Shown: piece after piece, positions 8,585 to 15,111 of the stretch
Numbering within the stretch: the first letter of the stretch is position 1
Layout: each line of letters starts with the position of its first letter
From: Bacilli bacterium
GTDB taxonomy: Bacteria; Bacillota_I; Bacilli_A; RFN20; CAG-826
Reading direction: 5' to 3'
DNA: 64,000 nucleotides
Assembly (NCBI GenBank): GCA_017477255.1
Contig: JAFUXB010000002.1
Location: 29,996-93,995, forward strand
Notes under the pieces: model-generated
Databases searched by the model: none
Told to the model about the DNA's origin: nothing
Seen by the model: the letters and a program-made list of their open reading frames with translations, nothing else
Translations under genes and position numbers: made by a program

Positions 8585-9622
8585 ATGAAAGAAATCGATG
8601 AAATCTTATTAGAGGTTAAAGAGAAACTTAAAGCTTCACTTCCTTTAGAAGAATTAATTCAATTAAGAAATGCATATTTACTCAAAAAAGGTAAATTACA
8701 ACTTTTAATGGGTAAAATGAAAGATTTATCAATTGAAGAAAGAAAATCATTTGGTAAAGAAATTAACGATGCAAAGGCAGCTTTAGAAGCTTTATTTGAA
8801 GAAAAAATTAAAGAAAAAGAAGCTCAAAAATTAAATGAAATGCTTGAAAATGAAAAAGTTGATATTACTTTACCTGGTGTATCACATTTTTCGGGTTATC
8901 AAAATCCATTCTTTAAAGTTCAAAGAGAAATTGAAGAAATTTTTATTGGAATGGGTTATGAAGTTGCAAATGGTCCAGAAGTTGATAAAGACCACTATGT
9001 TTTTGAACTTTTAAATATTCCAAAAAATCATCCAGCACGTGATATGCAAGATACTTTATATATCGATGAAGAAACTTTACTTAGAAGTCACACTTCAGCA
9101 GTTCAAGCACATGTAATGCAAAATTCAAATGGTAAGCCTATTAAAATTATATGTCCTGGAAAAACTTATAGAAGAGATGACGATGATATGACTCATTCAC
9201 ATCAATTTGCTCAAGTTGAAGGACTTGTTATTGATAAAAATATTAACTTAGGAAATTTAAAATCTACACTTGAATTATTTGCTCAAAAAATGTTCTCAAA
9301 AGATGCAAAAGTTCGCTTTAGATCTAGCTTTTTCCCATTTACTGAACCAAGTGTTGAAGTAGATGTTAGTTGCTTCAATTGTCATGGTAGAGGATGTCCT
9401 ATTTGTAAAGGAAGTGGCTGGATTGAAATTTTAGGTGCAGGTATGGTAAATCCTAATGTTTTAAGAATGAATGGTTATGATCCTGATGTTTATAGCGGAT
9501 TTGCCTTTGGTATAGGAATTGAACGTGTTGCAATGCTTAGATATGGAATTAATGATATTCGTAAATTCTATCAAAACGATATTAGATTCTTATCTGATTT
9601 TAATAAGAAAGTGGAGGATTAA
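8585..9622 (+). CDS. pheS: Phenylalanine--tRNA ligase alpha subunit
   Basis: Class II motifs FRSSFFPFTEPSVEVD, GAGMVNPNVL and FAFGIGIERVAML. I moved the start to ATG 8585 (GGAG at 8575-8578, 6-nt spacing). The track TTG at 8573 lies inside the terminator T-run. Confidence 0.93.
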   Translation: MKEIDEILLEVKEKLKASLPLEELIQLRNAYLLKKGKLQLLMGKMKDLSIEERKSFGKEINDAKAALEALFEEKIKEKEAQKLNEMLENEKVDITLPGVSHFSGYQNPFFKVQREIEEIFIGMGYEVANGPEVDKDHYVFELLNIPKNHPARDMQDTLYIDEETLLRSHTSAVQAHVMQNSNGKPIKIICPGKTYRRDDDDMTHSHQFAQVEGLVIDKNINLGNLKSTLELFAQKMFSKDAKVRFRSSFFPFTEPSVEVDVSCFNCHGRGCPICKGSGWIEILGAGMVNPNVLRMNGYDPDVYSGFAFGIGIERVAMLRYGINDIRKFYQNDIRFLSDFNKKVED

Positions 9623-9625
9623 TTT

Positions 9626-12007
9626 ATGTTAGTATCACTTAATGAAATTAAAAAAGTAGTAGATATTTCTGATTTAACAGCTGAACAAATTGCTGAAAGA
9701 TTAACTGATGCTGGTGTAGAAGTTGAAGACATAAAAGTCGAATCCACCGCAACAAATTTAGTTATTGGACAAGTTCTTTCATGTGAAAATCATCCAGAAA
9801 GCGATCACTTACATATTTGTAAAGTTGATATTGGAACTGATGTTTTAGATATAGTTTGTGGAGCTCCTAATGTTAGAAAAGGCTTAAAAGTAATTGTTGC
9901 TTTAGTTGGAGCAAAATTACCTGGTGGAGAAATTAAAAAGAGCGTAATTCGTGGTCAAGAAAGTAATGGAATGTTATGTTCATTACTTGAACTTGGAGTT
10001 AGTGAATCTTTTTTAACTGAAGCTCAAATTAATGGCATTGAAGAATTAAAAGATGATGCAAAAGTTGGTGATAAAGAAGTACTTAAGTACTTAAATTTAG
10101 ACGATAAAATCTTAAATTTAAAGGTTTTAGCAAATAGAAGCGATTGTATGTCTTTACATAATGTTGCTCGTGAAATTGCTGGTTTATTTAAAAAAGAAAT
10201 TAAATTACCAGAATTTAAAGATAATGCTAATTTTAAAGCTGATTTTGTAACTGGAAGTGAAAGTGAAAATTCAAAATGTTTTAAAGCTAGAGTTTTCAAA
10301 AATATCAAAGTTAAAGAATCACCAGAGTGGTTAAAAATTGCTTTAAGAAGAGAAGGTATTAGATCAATTAACAATATTGTTGATATCGGAAACTATGCAA
10401 TGCTTTTAACTGGTCAACCAGTTCACATGTATGATTTAGATAAATTAGAAAAGAATGAACTCATTGTAAAAGATGATTTTGAATGTGAAGTTGTTGCTTT
10501 AGATGGAAAAACATATAAAGTAGAAAAAGGCGATTTAGTCGTTACTTCTAATAATAAACCTGCTTGTTTAGCTGGTGTTATGGGCTTAGAATGTGTTGAA
10601 GTTAATGAAGAAAGTAAAAATATTGTTTTAGAAGTTGCTTCATTTAATGGAACACGTGTAAGAAAAACTTCATTAAGACTTGGATTAAGTAGTGACTCAT
10701 CTTCAAGATTTATTAAAGGTATAAATATTGAAAATCAAGATTATACAATGCTTTTAATTTCTAATTTAATGGCTGAACTTGCTGACGCTAAAGAAATTAG
10801 TGAAACAATTAATTATGACGTTCAAAATCATGAACAAAAAGTAATTAGTTGCAATGTTGATTTTATTAATAATTTATTAGGAACTGATTTCAGTTTTGAA
10901 GAAATTAAAGATACTTTAGAAGCTTTATCATTCAAAGTAAATGGAGATAAAGATGAATTTAAAGTAACTGTTCCAAGTTACAGAATTGATGTTGAAGGAA
11001 AAGCTGATTTAGCTGAAGAAGTAATTAGATATAATGGATTTGATCGAATTATTCCTTCACTTCCAGTTATGGAAACTACAACTGGTGGAAGAAGCGCAAC
11101 TGATACAAAAATTAAAGCAATTGAAGATTATTTATTAAATAATGGATTAAATGAAATTATTTCTTATACATTATTAAATGAAAAAGATAGTAATTCATGG
11201 AATTATTTAAATAAATTTGAACCATATGTAATTCTTAATCCACTTACAGAAGATCATAAATATGTAAGAAGAAATCTTTTAAAGAGCATGCTTAATACAG
11301 TTGAATATAATTTAGCTCATTTAAATAGAAACTTTGGTTTATTTGAAATTGGAAACTGCGAAACTAAAGAGAAAAATGAAATTCATTTAGCTGTTGGTTT
11401 AAGTGGAGTTAAAGAAGGACAAGAATTATATAAATCAATTAAATACGATGTATTCGATGCTAAAGGTATTTTAGAAAACATTTTACATATGTTTAATATT
11501 GCTGATAGTAGAGTAAAATACGATAGAATTGAAGGTAATGAATTCCATCCTTATAGAAGCATGAATGCTTATCTTGATAACAAGTTATTTGCTGTTTTAG
11601 GAGAAGTTCATCCAAGTGTTAAAGAAGAATTTAATTTTAATAAAGATGCTTGTGTATTAATGGAAATTAATTTAAGCAGATTATTTGAAGCAAAAACTAG
11701 AAATAATAAGAGTAATGAAATCTCAATTTACCCACGTATTTCACGTGATTACGCATTTGTTATTTCTAAAGATGTAAATTACTCAAATATAGTAAAAGAA
11801 ATCAAAAAAGCATCCTCATTAATTAAAGGAATTAAGCTCTTTGATTTATATGAAGGAGAGCATATTATGAAAGGATTTATTTCTATTGCTCTTACTGTTG
11901 AATGTGAGAAACAAGAAGGCACATTTACTAATGATGAAATCACTGTAATTGATAACAAAATTCGTGAAATCATTTCGACTAAATTAGGTGCTAAAATAAG
12001 AGGCTAA
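9626..12007 (+). CDS. pheT: Phenylalanine--tRNA ligase beta subunit
   Basis: 793 aa. N-terminal tRNA-binding domain (GQVLSCENHPESDHLHICKVDIG), then B3/4, B5 and FDX-ACB-like C-terminal regions. GGAGG SD. Immediately follows pheS. Confidence 0.93.
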   Translation: MLVSLNEIKKVVDISDLTAEQIAERLTDAGVEVEDIKVESTATNLVIGQVLSCENHPESDHLHICKVDIGTDVLDIVCGAPNVRKGLKVIVALVGAKLPGGEIKKSVIRGQESNGMLCSLLELGVSESFLTEAQINGIEELKDDAKVGDKEVLKYLNLDDKILNLKVLANRSDCMSLHNVAREIAGLFKKEIKLPEFKDNANFKADFVTGSESENSKCFKARVFKNIKVKESPEWLKIALRREGIRSINNIVDIGNYAMLLTGQPVHMYDLDKLEKNELIVKDDFECEVVALDGKTYKVEKGDLVVTSNNKPACLAGVMGLECVEVNEESKNIVLEVASFNGTRVRKTSLRLGLSSDSSSRFIKGINIENQDYTMLLISNLMAELADAKEISETINYDVQNHEQKVISCNVDFINNLLGTDFSFEEIKDTLEALSFKVNGDKDEFKVTVPSYRIDVEGKADLAEEVIRYNGFDRIIPSLPVMETTTGGRSATDTKIKAIEDYLLNNGLNEIISYTLLNEKDSNSWNYLNKFEPYVILNPLTEDHKYVRRNLLKSMLNTVEYNLAHLNRNFGLFEIGNCETKEKNEIHLAVGLSGVKEGQELYKSIKYDVFDAKGILENILHMFNIADSRVKYDRIEGNEFHPYRSMNAYLDNKLFAVLGEVHPSVKEEFNFNKDACVLMEINLSRLFEAKTRNNKSNEISIYPRISRDYAFVISKDVNYSNIVKEIKKASSLIKGIKLFDLYEGEHIMKGFISIALTVECEKQEGTFTNDEITVIDNKIREIISTKLGAKIRG

Positions 12008-12008
12008 T

Positions 12009-12488
12009 ATGAAGATTTATTTTAAAGAAATAAACGGAACAAAAGATTTTGATATAGCTATTGATCTTAAAAAATTAAATGAAGAATATGAATCTTCAAC
12101 AATTAAAAAGATTAATTCTCTTTCAGGTACAATTAAAGCAAATAAAGTCGATGACATCTTAATTTTAGACTTTCAAATTGACTCAAATTTGACTTTAATT
12201 AGCTCATATTCACTTAAGGATTTTGATAAAGATTTTAGTGTCGATGATACTCTTTATTTTACTGATGAAGAAGAATGTGCAAGTGAAGATACTTTATTAG
12301 TTAAAAACGAAATTGATATTGATAATATTGTCTATTCTTTACTTGTTACATCACTTCCAATTAAGCTTTATGCAGACGATGAAAAAGTAATAAAAGGTAA
12401 TGGTTATAGAGTCTTAAAAGAGGGTGAAGAAGATGAAGAAAATGATGAAAGTTCACCCTTCGATGTACTTAAAGATATTGAATTATAA
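12009..12488 (+). CDS. DUF177/YceD-like protein (Cys-less variant)
   Basis: 159 aa, acidic. The layout resembles YceD/YlbN: L.G.I......ILDFQIDSNLTLISSYSLKDF in place of the C.RCL segment, then IDIDNIVYSLLVTSLPIKL, and a C-terminal SSPFDVLKDIEL like PFAxLkxL. The Zn-binding cysteines are absent. Confidence 0.5.
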   Translation: MKIYFKEINGTKDFDIAIDLKKLNEEYESSTIKKINSLSGTIKANKVDDILILDFQIDSNLTLISSYSLKDFDKDFSVDDTLYFTDEEECASEDTLLVKNEIDIDNIVYSLLVTSLPIKLYADDEKVIKGNGYRVLKEGEEDEENDESSPFDVLKDIEL

Positions 12489-12536
12489 CTACTAAAAAAC
12501 TACTACTAAAAATCGTTCTACTAAATAACTACTAAT
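12486..12536. repeat. Array of four to five direct CTACTAA heptamers (left arm of an inverted repeat-array pair)
   Basis: CTACTAA at 12489-12495, 12503-12509 (preceded by an overlapping CTACTA from 12500), 12518-12524 and 12529-12535. Each is embedded in A-rich context (AACTACTAAA). The array lies between the DUF177 stop and the terminator hairpin. Confidence 0.8.
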
Positions 12537-12569
12537 TGCCATAATTTCATGGCAATTTTTATTTTTTTT
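12535..12569 (+). terminator. Rho-independent terminator of the pheST-DUF177 unit
   Basis: 8-bp stem ATTGCCAT (12535-12542) / ATGGCAAT (12549-12556), 6-nt loop, long T-run to 12569. Confidence 0.8.
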
Positions 12570-12597
12570 CAAAAAAACTCTTTTTTTATTTTATAGT
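12568..12597 (+). promoter_or_regulatory. Candidate promoter of the small two-gene cassette (TTCAAA-N18-TATAGT)
   Basis: TTCAAA at 12568-12573 and TATAGT at 12592-12597. The predicted TSS near 12604 is downstream of the track ATG at 12599 and upstream of the strong SD at 12617. Confidence 0.35.
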
Positions 12598-12631
12598 TAT
12601 GTTACACAAAATTAACGAGGAGGAAAAAGAG

Positions 12632-12907
12632 ATGGTTGTTAATGTTTTAAACGGTAATTTAAATGAAAAAGAAAAAGCTGCCTATTGGGCATATGCTTTA
12701 AAAAATACAGATGGAAGAAAATTAGTTTCACTTGATGTTGATTTAGGTGAAGATGATGCTGAATTAACTTATCACTTTGATACTATACCATTTGAAAGAA
12801 TCAGAAGAATCACTGGTTACCTTGTTGGTACATTAGACAGATTCAATGATGGTAAGAGAGCTGAAGAACACGACAGAGTAAAACACATGACTGAAATGGA
12901 TCTTTAA
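12632..12907 (+). CDS. Small stand-alone protein with NrdD-type C-terminal glycyl-radical loop (about 91 aa)
   Basis: C-terminus FERIRRITGYLVGTLDRFNDGKRAEEHDRVKHM matches the class III RNR C-terminal signature (RxxGYLG...FNxGKxxExxxRxxH). There is no catalytic barrel and no CxxC zinc ribbon. Start moved to ATG 12632 because GAGGAGG (12617-12623) lies 8 nt upstream. The track start at 12599 has no SD. Confidence 0.6.
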   Translation: MVVNVLNGNLNEKEKAAYWAYALKNTDGRKLVSLDVDLGEDDAELTYHFDTIPFERIRRITGYLVGTLDRFNDGKRAEEHDRVKHMTEMDL

Positions 12908-12908
12908 T

Positions 12909-13148
12909 ATGGAACTTAGCGTAAACACAAAATCTTTTTTATCAGAATTTGTATTTCCACATTTCGTAAATTCAGATCTTAATTCAAAAAACATCGATGA
13001 AATCATTGATTACATCGTTGAGAATTATGAAAAACCACTTTCTTTATCTATTGCTGATGGAGAATTTGTTGATTTGGAAAATTTTGAAAATATAGGAAAT
13101 GTTATTTTAGATTTGTCTTCTTACGCAAGATCTTTAAAGAGCATTTAA
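12909..13148 (+). CDS. Hypothetical small acidic protein (79 aa), coupled to the glycyl-radical mini-protein gene
   Basis: ORF starts 1 nt after the upstream stop (TAATATG). No recognisable motif. Strongly acidic (D/E-rich). Confidence 0.45.
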   Translation: MELSVNTKSFLSEFVFPHFVNSDLNSKNIDEIIDYIVENYEKPLSLSIADGEFVDLENFENIGNVILDLSSYARSLKSI

Positions 13149-13151
13149 TTG

Positions 13152-13179
13152 TTAGTAGATTTCTAGTAGTTTTCTAGTA
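13152..13179. repeat. Array of three TAGTAG/TAGTAT units at 11-bp spacing, the reverse complement of the CTACTA(A) array (right arm)
   Basis: TTAGTAG at 13152-13158, CTAGTAG at 13163-13169, CTAGTAT at 13174-13180. Units read TTTCTAGTAG, and TTAGTAG is the exact reverse complement of CTACTAA. The array lies between the cassette stop and its terminator. Confidence 0.75.
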
Positions 13180-13195
13180 TATAAATTGTAATTTG

Positions 13196-13228
13196 AAAAA
13201 GGAGATGATAAATTCATCTCTTTTTTTG
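13196..13228 (+). terminator. Rho-independent terminator of the cassette
   Basis: Stem GAGATGA (13202-13208) / TCATCTC (13214-13220), 5-nt loop, T7 run. An A-run upstream means it could act bidirectionally. Confidence 0.8.
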
Positions 13229-13304
13229 TTGCTTAAAATATTTTTTTAAAAAAGTGTATTTTCTGTCTTGTAAATATTTATAAATAAATATAAACTATTA
13301 GTAC

Positions 13305-13334
13305 AAGTGGAGTGAAATGGAGTAAAGTGGAATG
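13305..13334 (+). promoter_or_regulatory. MraZ-type operator: three 10-bp-phased direct repeats
   Basis: AAGTGGAGTG / AAATGGAGTA / AAGTGGAATG at 13305-13314, 13315-13324 and 13325-13334. The last repeat overlaps the mraZ ATG. A candidate promoter TTGTAA (13268-13273)-N17-TAAACT (13291-13296) lies just upstream. Confidence 0.6.
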
Positions 13335-13763
13335 TTATTCGGAAATTTTGAATATCAACTTGATGACAAAGGAAGATTTTCAGTTCCAAGTAAACTTAGA
13401 GGTGAATTAGGAACTAACGTTTTTCTTTTGAAAGGGTTTGATGGTTGCTTATCAATTTATACCGAAGCTGACTTCATTCAATACACTCAAAAGCTTAAAG
13501 ATTTACCTTTTGAAAAAGAAAAAGCAAGACTACATCAACGTATTCTCCTTGGATCAGTTGAAATGCTTTCAATTGATAAACAAGGAAGATTACAAATTCC
13601 AGCTAAAACAATTAAAAAGTATCAAATTTCTAAAAATATAGTCATTTTAGGACTAATGGATCATATCGAAATATGGTCAAAAGAAGCTTATGAAGATTAT
13701 ATAGTTAAAAATGAAAAGGAATTTGAGACTAACGCTGAAGATTTATTAAAAAATGAAATCTGA
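13332..13763 (+). CDS. mraZ: Transcriptional regulator MraZ
   Basis: 143 aa with two SpoVT/AbrB-like repeats carrying DDKGRFSVPSKLR and DKQGRLQIPAKTI. First gene of an mraZ-rsmH cluster. Confidence 0.93.
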   Translation: MLFGNFEYQLDDKGRFSVPSKLRGELGTNVFLLKGFDGCLSIYTEADFIQYTQKLKDLPFEKEKARLHQRILLGSVEMLSIDKQGRLQIPAKTIKKYQISKNIVILGLMDHIEIWSKEAYEDYIVKNEKEFETNAEDLLKNEI

Positions 13764-14694
13764 TTTCCATGAATCAGTCCTTAAAAAAGAAGCTATAGAA
13801 GGACTAAACATTAAAGAAAATGGAATTTATGTAGATGCAACATTAGGTAGAGCAGGTCATAGCAAAGAAATATTATCAAGATTAACATCAGGCAGATTAA
13901 TATGTATTGATCAAGATGATGAAGCAATTGAATATTCAATTACAGTCTTAGGCAATATTTCAAATCATTTCAAAATTGTAAGAAACAATTTTAGAAACTT
14001 AGAACTTATTTTAAATCTTGAAGATGCAAAAAAGATCGATGGAATCTTATTTGATTTAGGAGTAAGTTCACCTCAATTTGATGAAGACTATAGAGGATTT
14101 TCTTATAGAAGTGATGCTCCATTAGATATGAGAATGGATCGAAATAATCCATTAACTGCTAAATATATTGTTAATAACTATTCATTAAATGAATTAAACA
14201 ACATATTTAGAAATTATGGTGAAGAAAAATACTCATATAGTATTGCAAAAAATATATGTAAGCATCGTGAGAAAAAAGAAATAGAAACAACTTTAGAGTT
14301 AGTAGAAATCATTAAAGAAGCTAAACCTAAAAGTGAATTAAAGAAAAAAGGTCATCCAGCAAAGCAAATATTCCAAGCATTAAGAATTGAAGTTAATGAT
14401 GAATTAAATGCTTTAGAAGAAGGACTTGATGCAGCAATTAGATCTTTAAAAGTAGGTGGTAGAGTTGTAGTAATAACTTTCCATTCTCTAGAAGATAAAA
14501 TTGTTAAAAATTTATTTAAAAAGTATGCAGTAATCGAAGGAAATAGACATAACGATTACTTGAAAGTAAGCGAAATAGAAACTCCAGACTATGAAATTAT
14601 TAATAAAAAAGTAATAGTTGCAAGCGAAGAAGAAATAGAACAAAACAGAAGAAGCAAAAGTGCAAAATTAAGAATTTTGGAAAGGAAAAAGTAA
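13753..14694 (+). CDS. rsmH: 16S rRNA (cytosine1402-N4)-methyltransferase RsmH (MraW)
   Basis: HESVLKKEAIEGL..YVDATLGRAGHS and FDLGVSSPQFDEDYRGFSY motifs. 313 aa. Confidence 0.93.
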   Translation: MKSDFHESVLKKEAIEGLNIKENGIYVDATLGRAGHSKEILSRLTSGRLICIDQDDEAIEYSITVLGNISNHFKIVRNNFRNLELILNLEDAKKIDGILFDLGVSSPQFDEDYRGFSYRSDAPLDMRMDRNNPLTAKYIVNNYSLNELNNIFRNYGEEKYSYSIAKNICKHREKKEIETTLELVEIIKEAKPKSELKKKGHPAKQIFQALRIEVNDELNALEEGLDAAIRSLKVGGRVVVITFHSLEDKIVKNLFKKYAVIEGNRHNDYLKVSEIETPDYEIINKKVIVASEEEIEQNRRSKSAKLRILERKK

Positions 14695-14695
14695 T

Positions 14696-14926
14696 ATGAA
14701 AAACAAGTTATATAAATTAAACCGTAACAAAAAGACTGTTGCTTTAAAAGCAGTTGGTTTTACTTTCCTCGGAATTATGTTTGCTTTTGTTTTAGTTGCT
14801 ATTCCTTTAAGTATTAATTTAGCTTACTCAAATAATTTAAAACAAGAGAACGTTAAAAAACAAAGCGTTCCTGTTGAAGAACCAAAAGAAGAAGAAATTG
14901 AAACTTTGGATATAAAGCTTGATTGA
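14696..14926 (+). CDS. Small single-pass membrane protein at the ftsL position of the dcw cluster
   Basis: 76 aa. Basic N-terminus, one TM (VGFTFLGIMFAFVLVAIPLSI), acidic tail. Only the position suggests an FtsL-like role, and no coiled-coil/leucine-zipper region is evident. Confidence 0.4.
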   Translation: MKNKLYKLNRNKKTVALKAVGFTFLGIMFAFVLVAIPLSINLAYSNNLKQENVKKQSVPVEEPKEEEIETLDIKLD

Positions 14927-14955
14927 CCCCTCCTTGCAAGCTTGTCGTTCTAGAA

Positions 14956-14979
14956 GGCCCTTTGATAAGGGTCTTTTTT
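14956..14979 (+). terminator. Rho-independent terminator ending the mraZ cluster
   Basis: Stem GGCCCTT (14956-14962) / AAGGGTC (14967-14973) with one G-U pair, loop TGAT, T6 run at 14974-14979. Confidence 0.7.
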
Positions 14980-15002
14980 CTTTGCTTGATTTATGAAAGT
15001 AA

Positions 15003-15036
15003 TGAAAATATTTTCAAAATTATGAAAATATTGTTG
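15003..15036. promoter_or_regulatory. Candidate operator upstream of glgB: perfect 14-bp palindrome TGAAAATATTTTCA plus a second half-conserved copy 20 bp downstream
   Basis: The palindrome is at 15003-15016. ATGAAAATATT repeats at 15002-15012 and 15022-15032, and the second copy overlaps the -35. It has the cre/LacI-family outline (TGAAA....TTTCA) but lacks the central CG. Confidence 0.3.
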
Positions 15037-15062
15037 AAAAACTAGTTCTTAAATTATATAAA
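15034..15062 (+). promoter_or_regulatory. Candidate glgB promoter TTGAAA-N17-TATAAA
   Basis: TTGAAA at 15034-15039, TATAAA at 15057-15062. Confidence 0.45.
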
Positions 15063-15111
15063 TATATAACTTATTAAATTATTTAATTATAATTTAATTA
15101 AGAGGTGAATT

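Noticed and set aside
13438-13641. Same-strand, out-of-frame ORFs inside mraZ (13438-13641) and pnp (28031-28261)
   Set aside because: They are embedded in conserved genes in an alternative frame, with Lys/Leu-rich low-complexity products and no SD.
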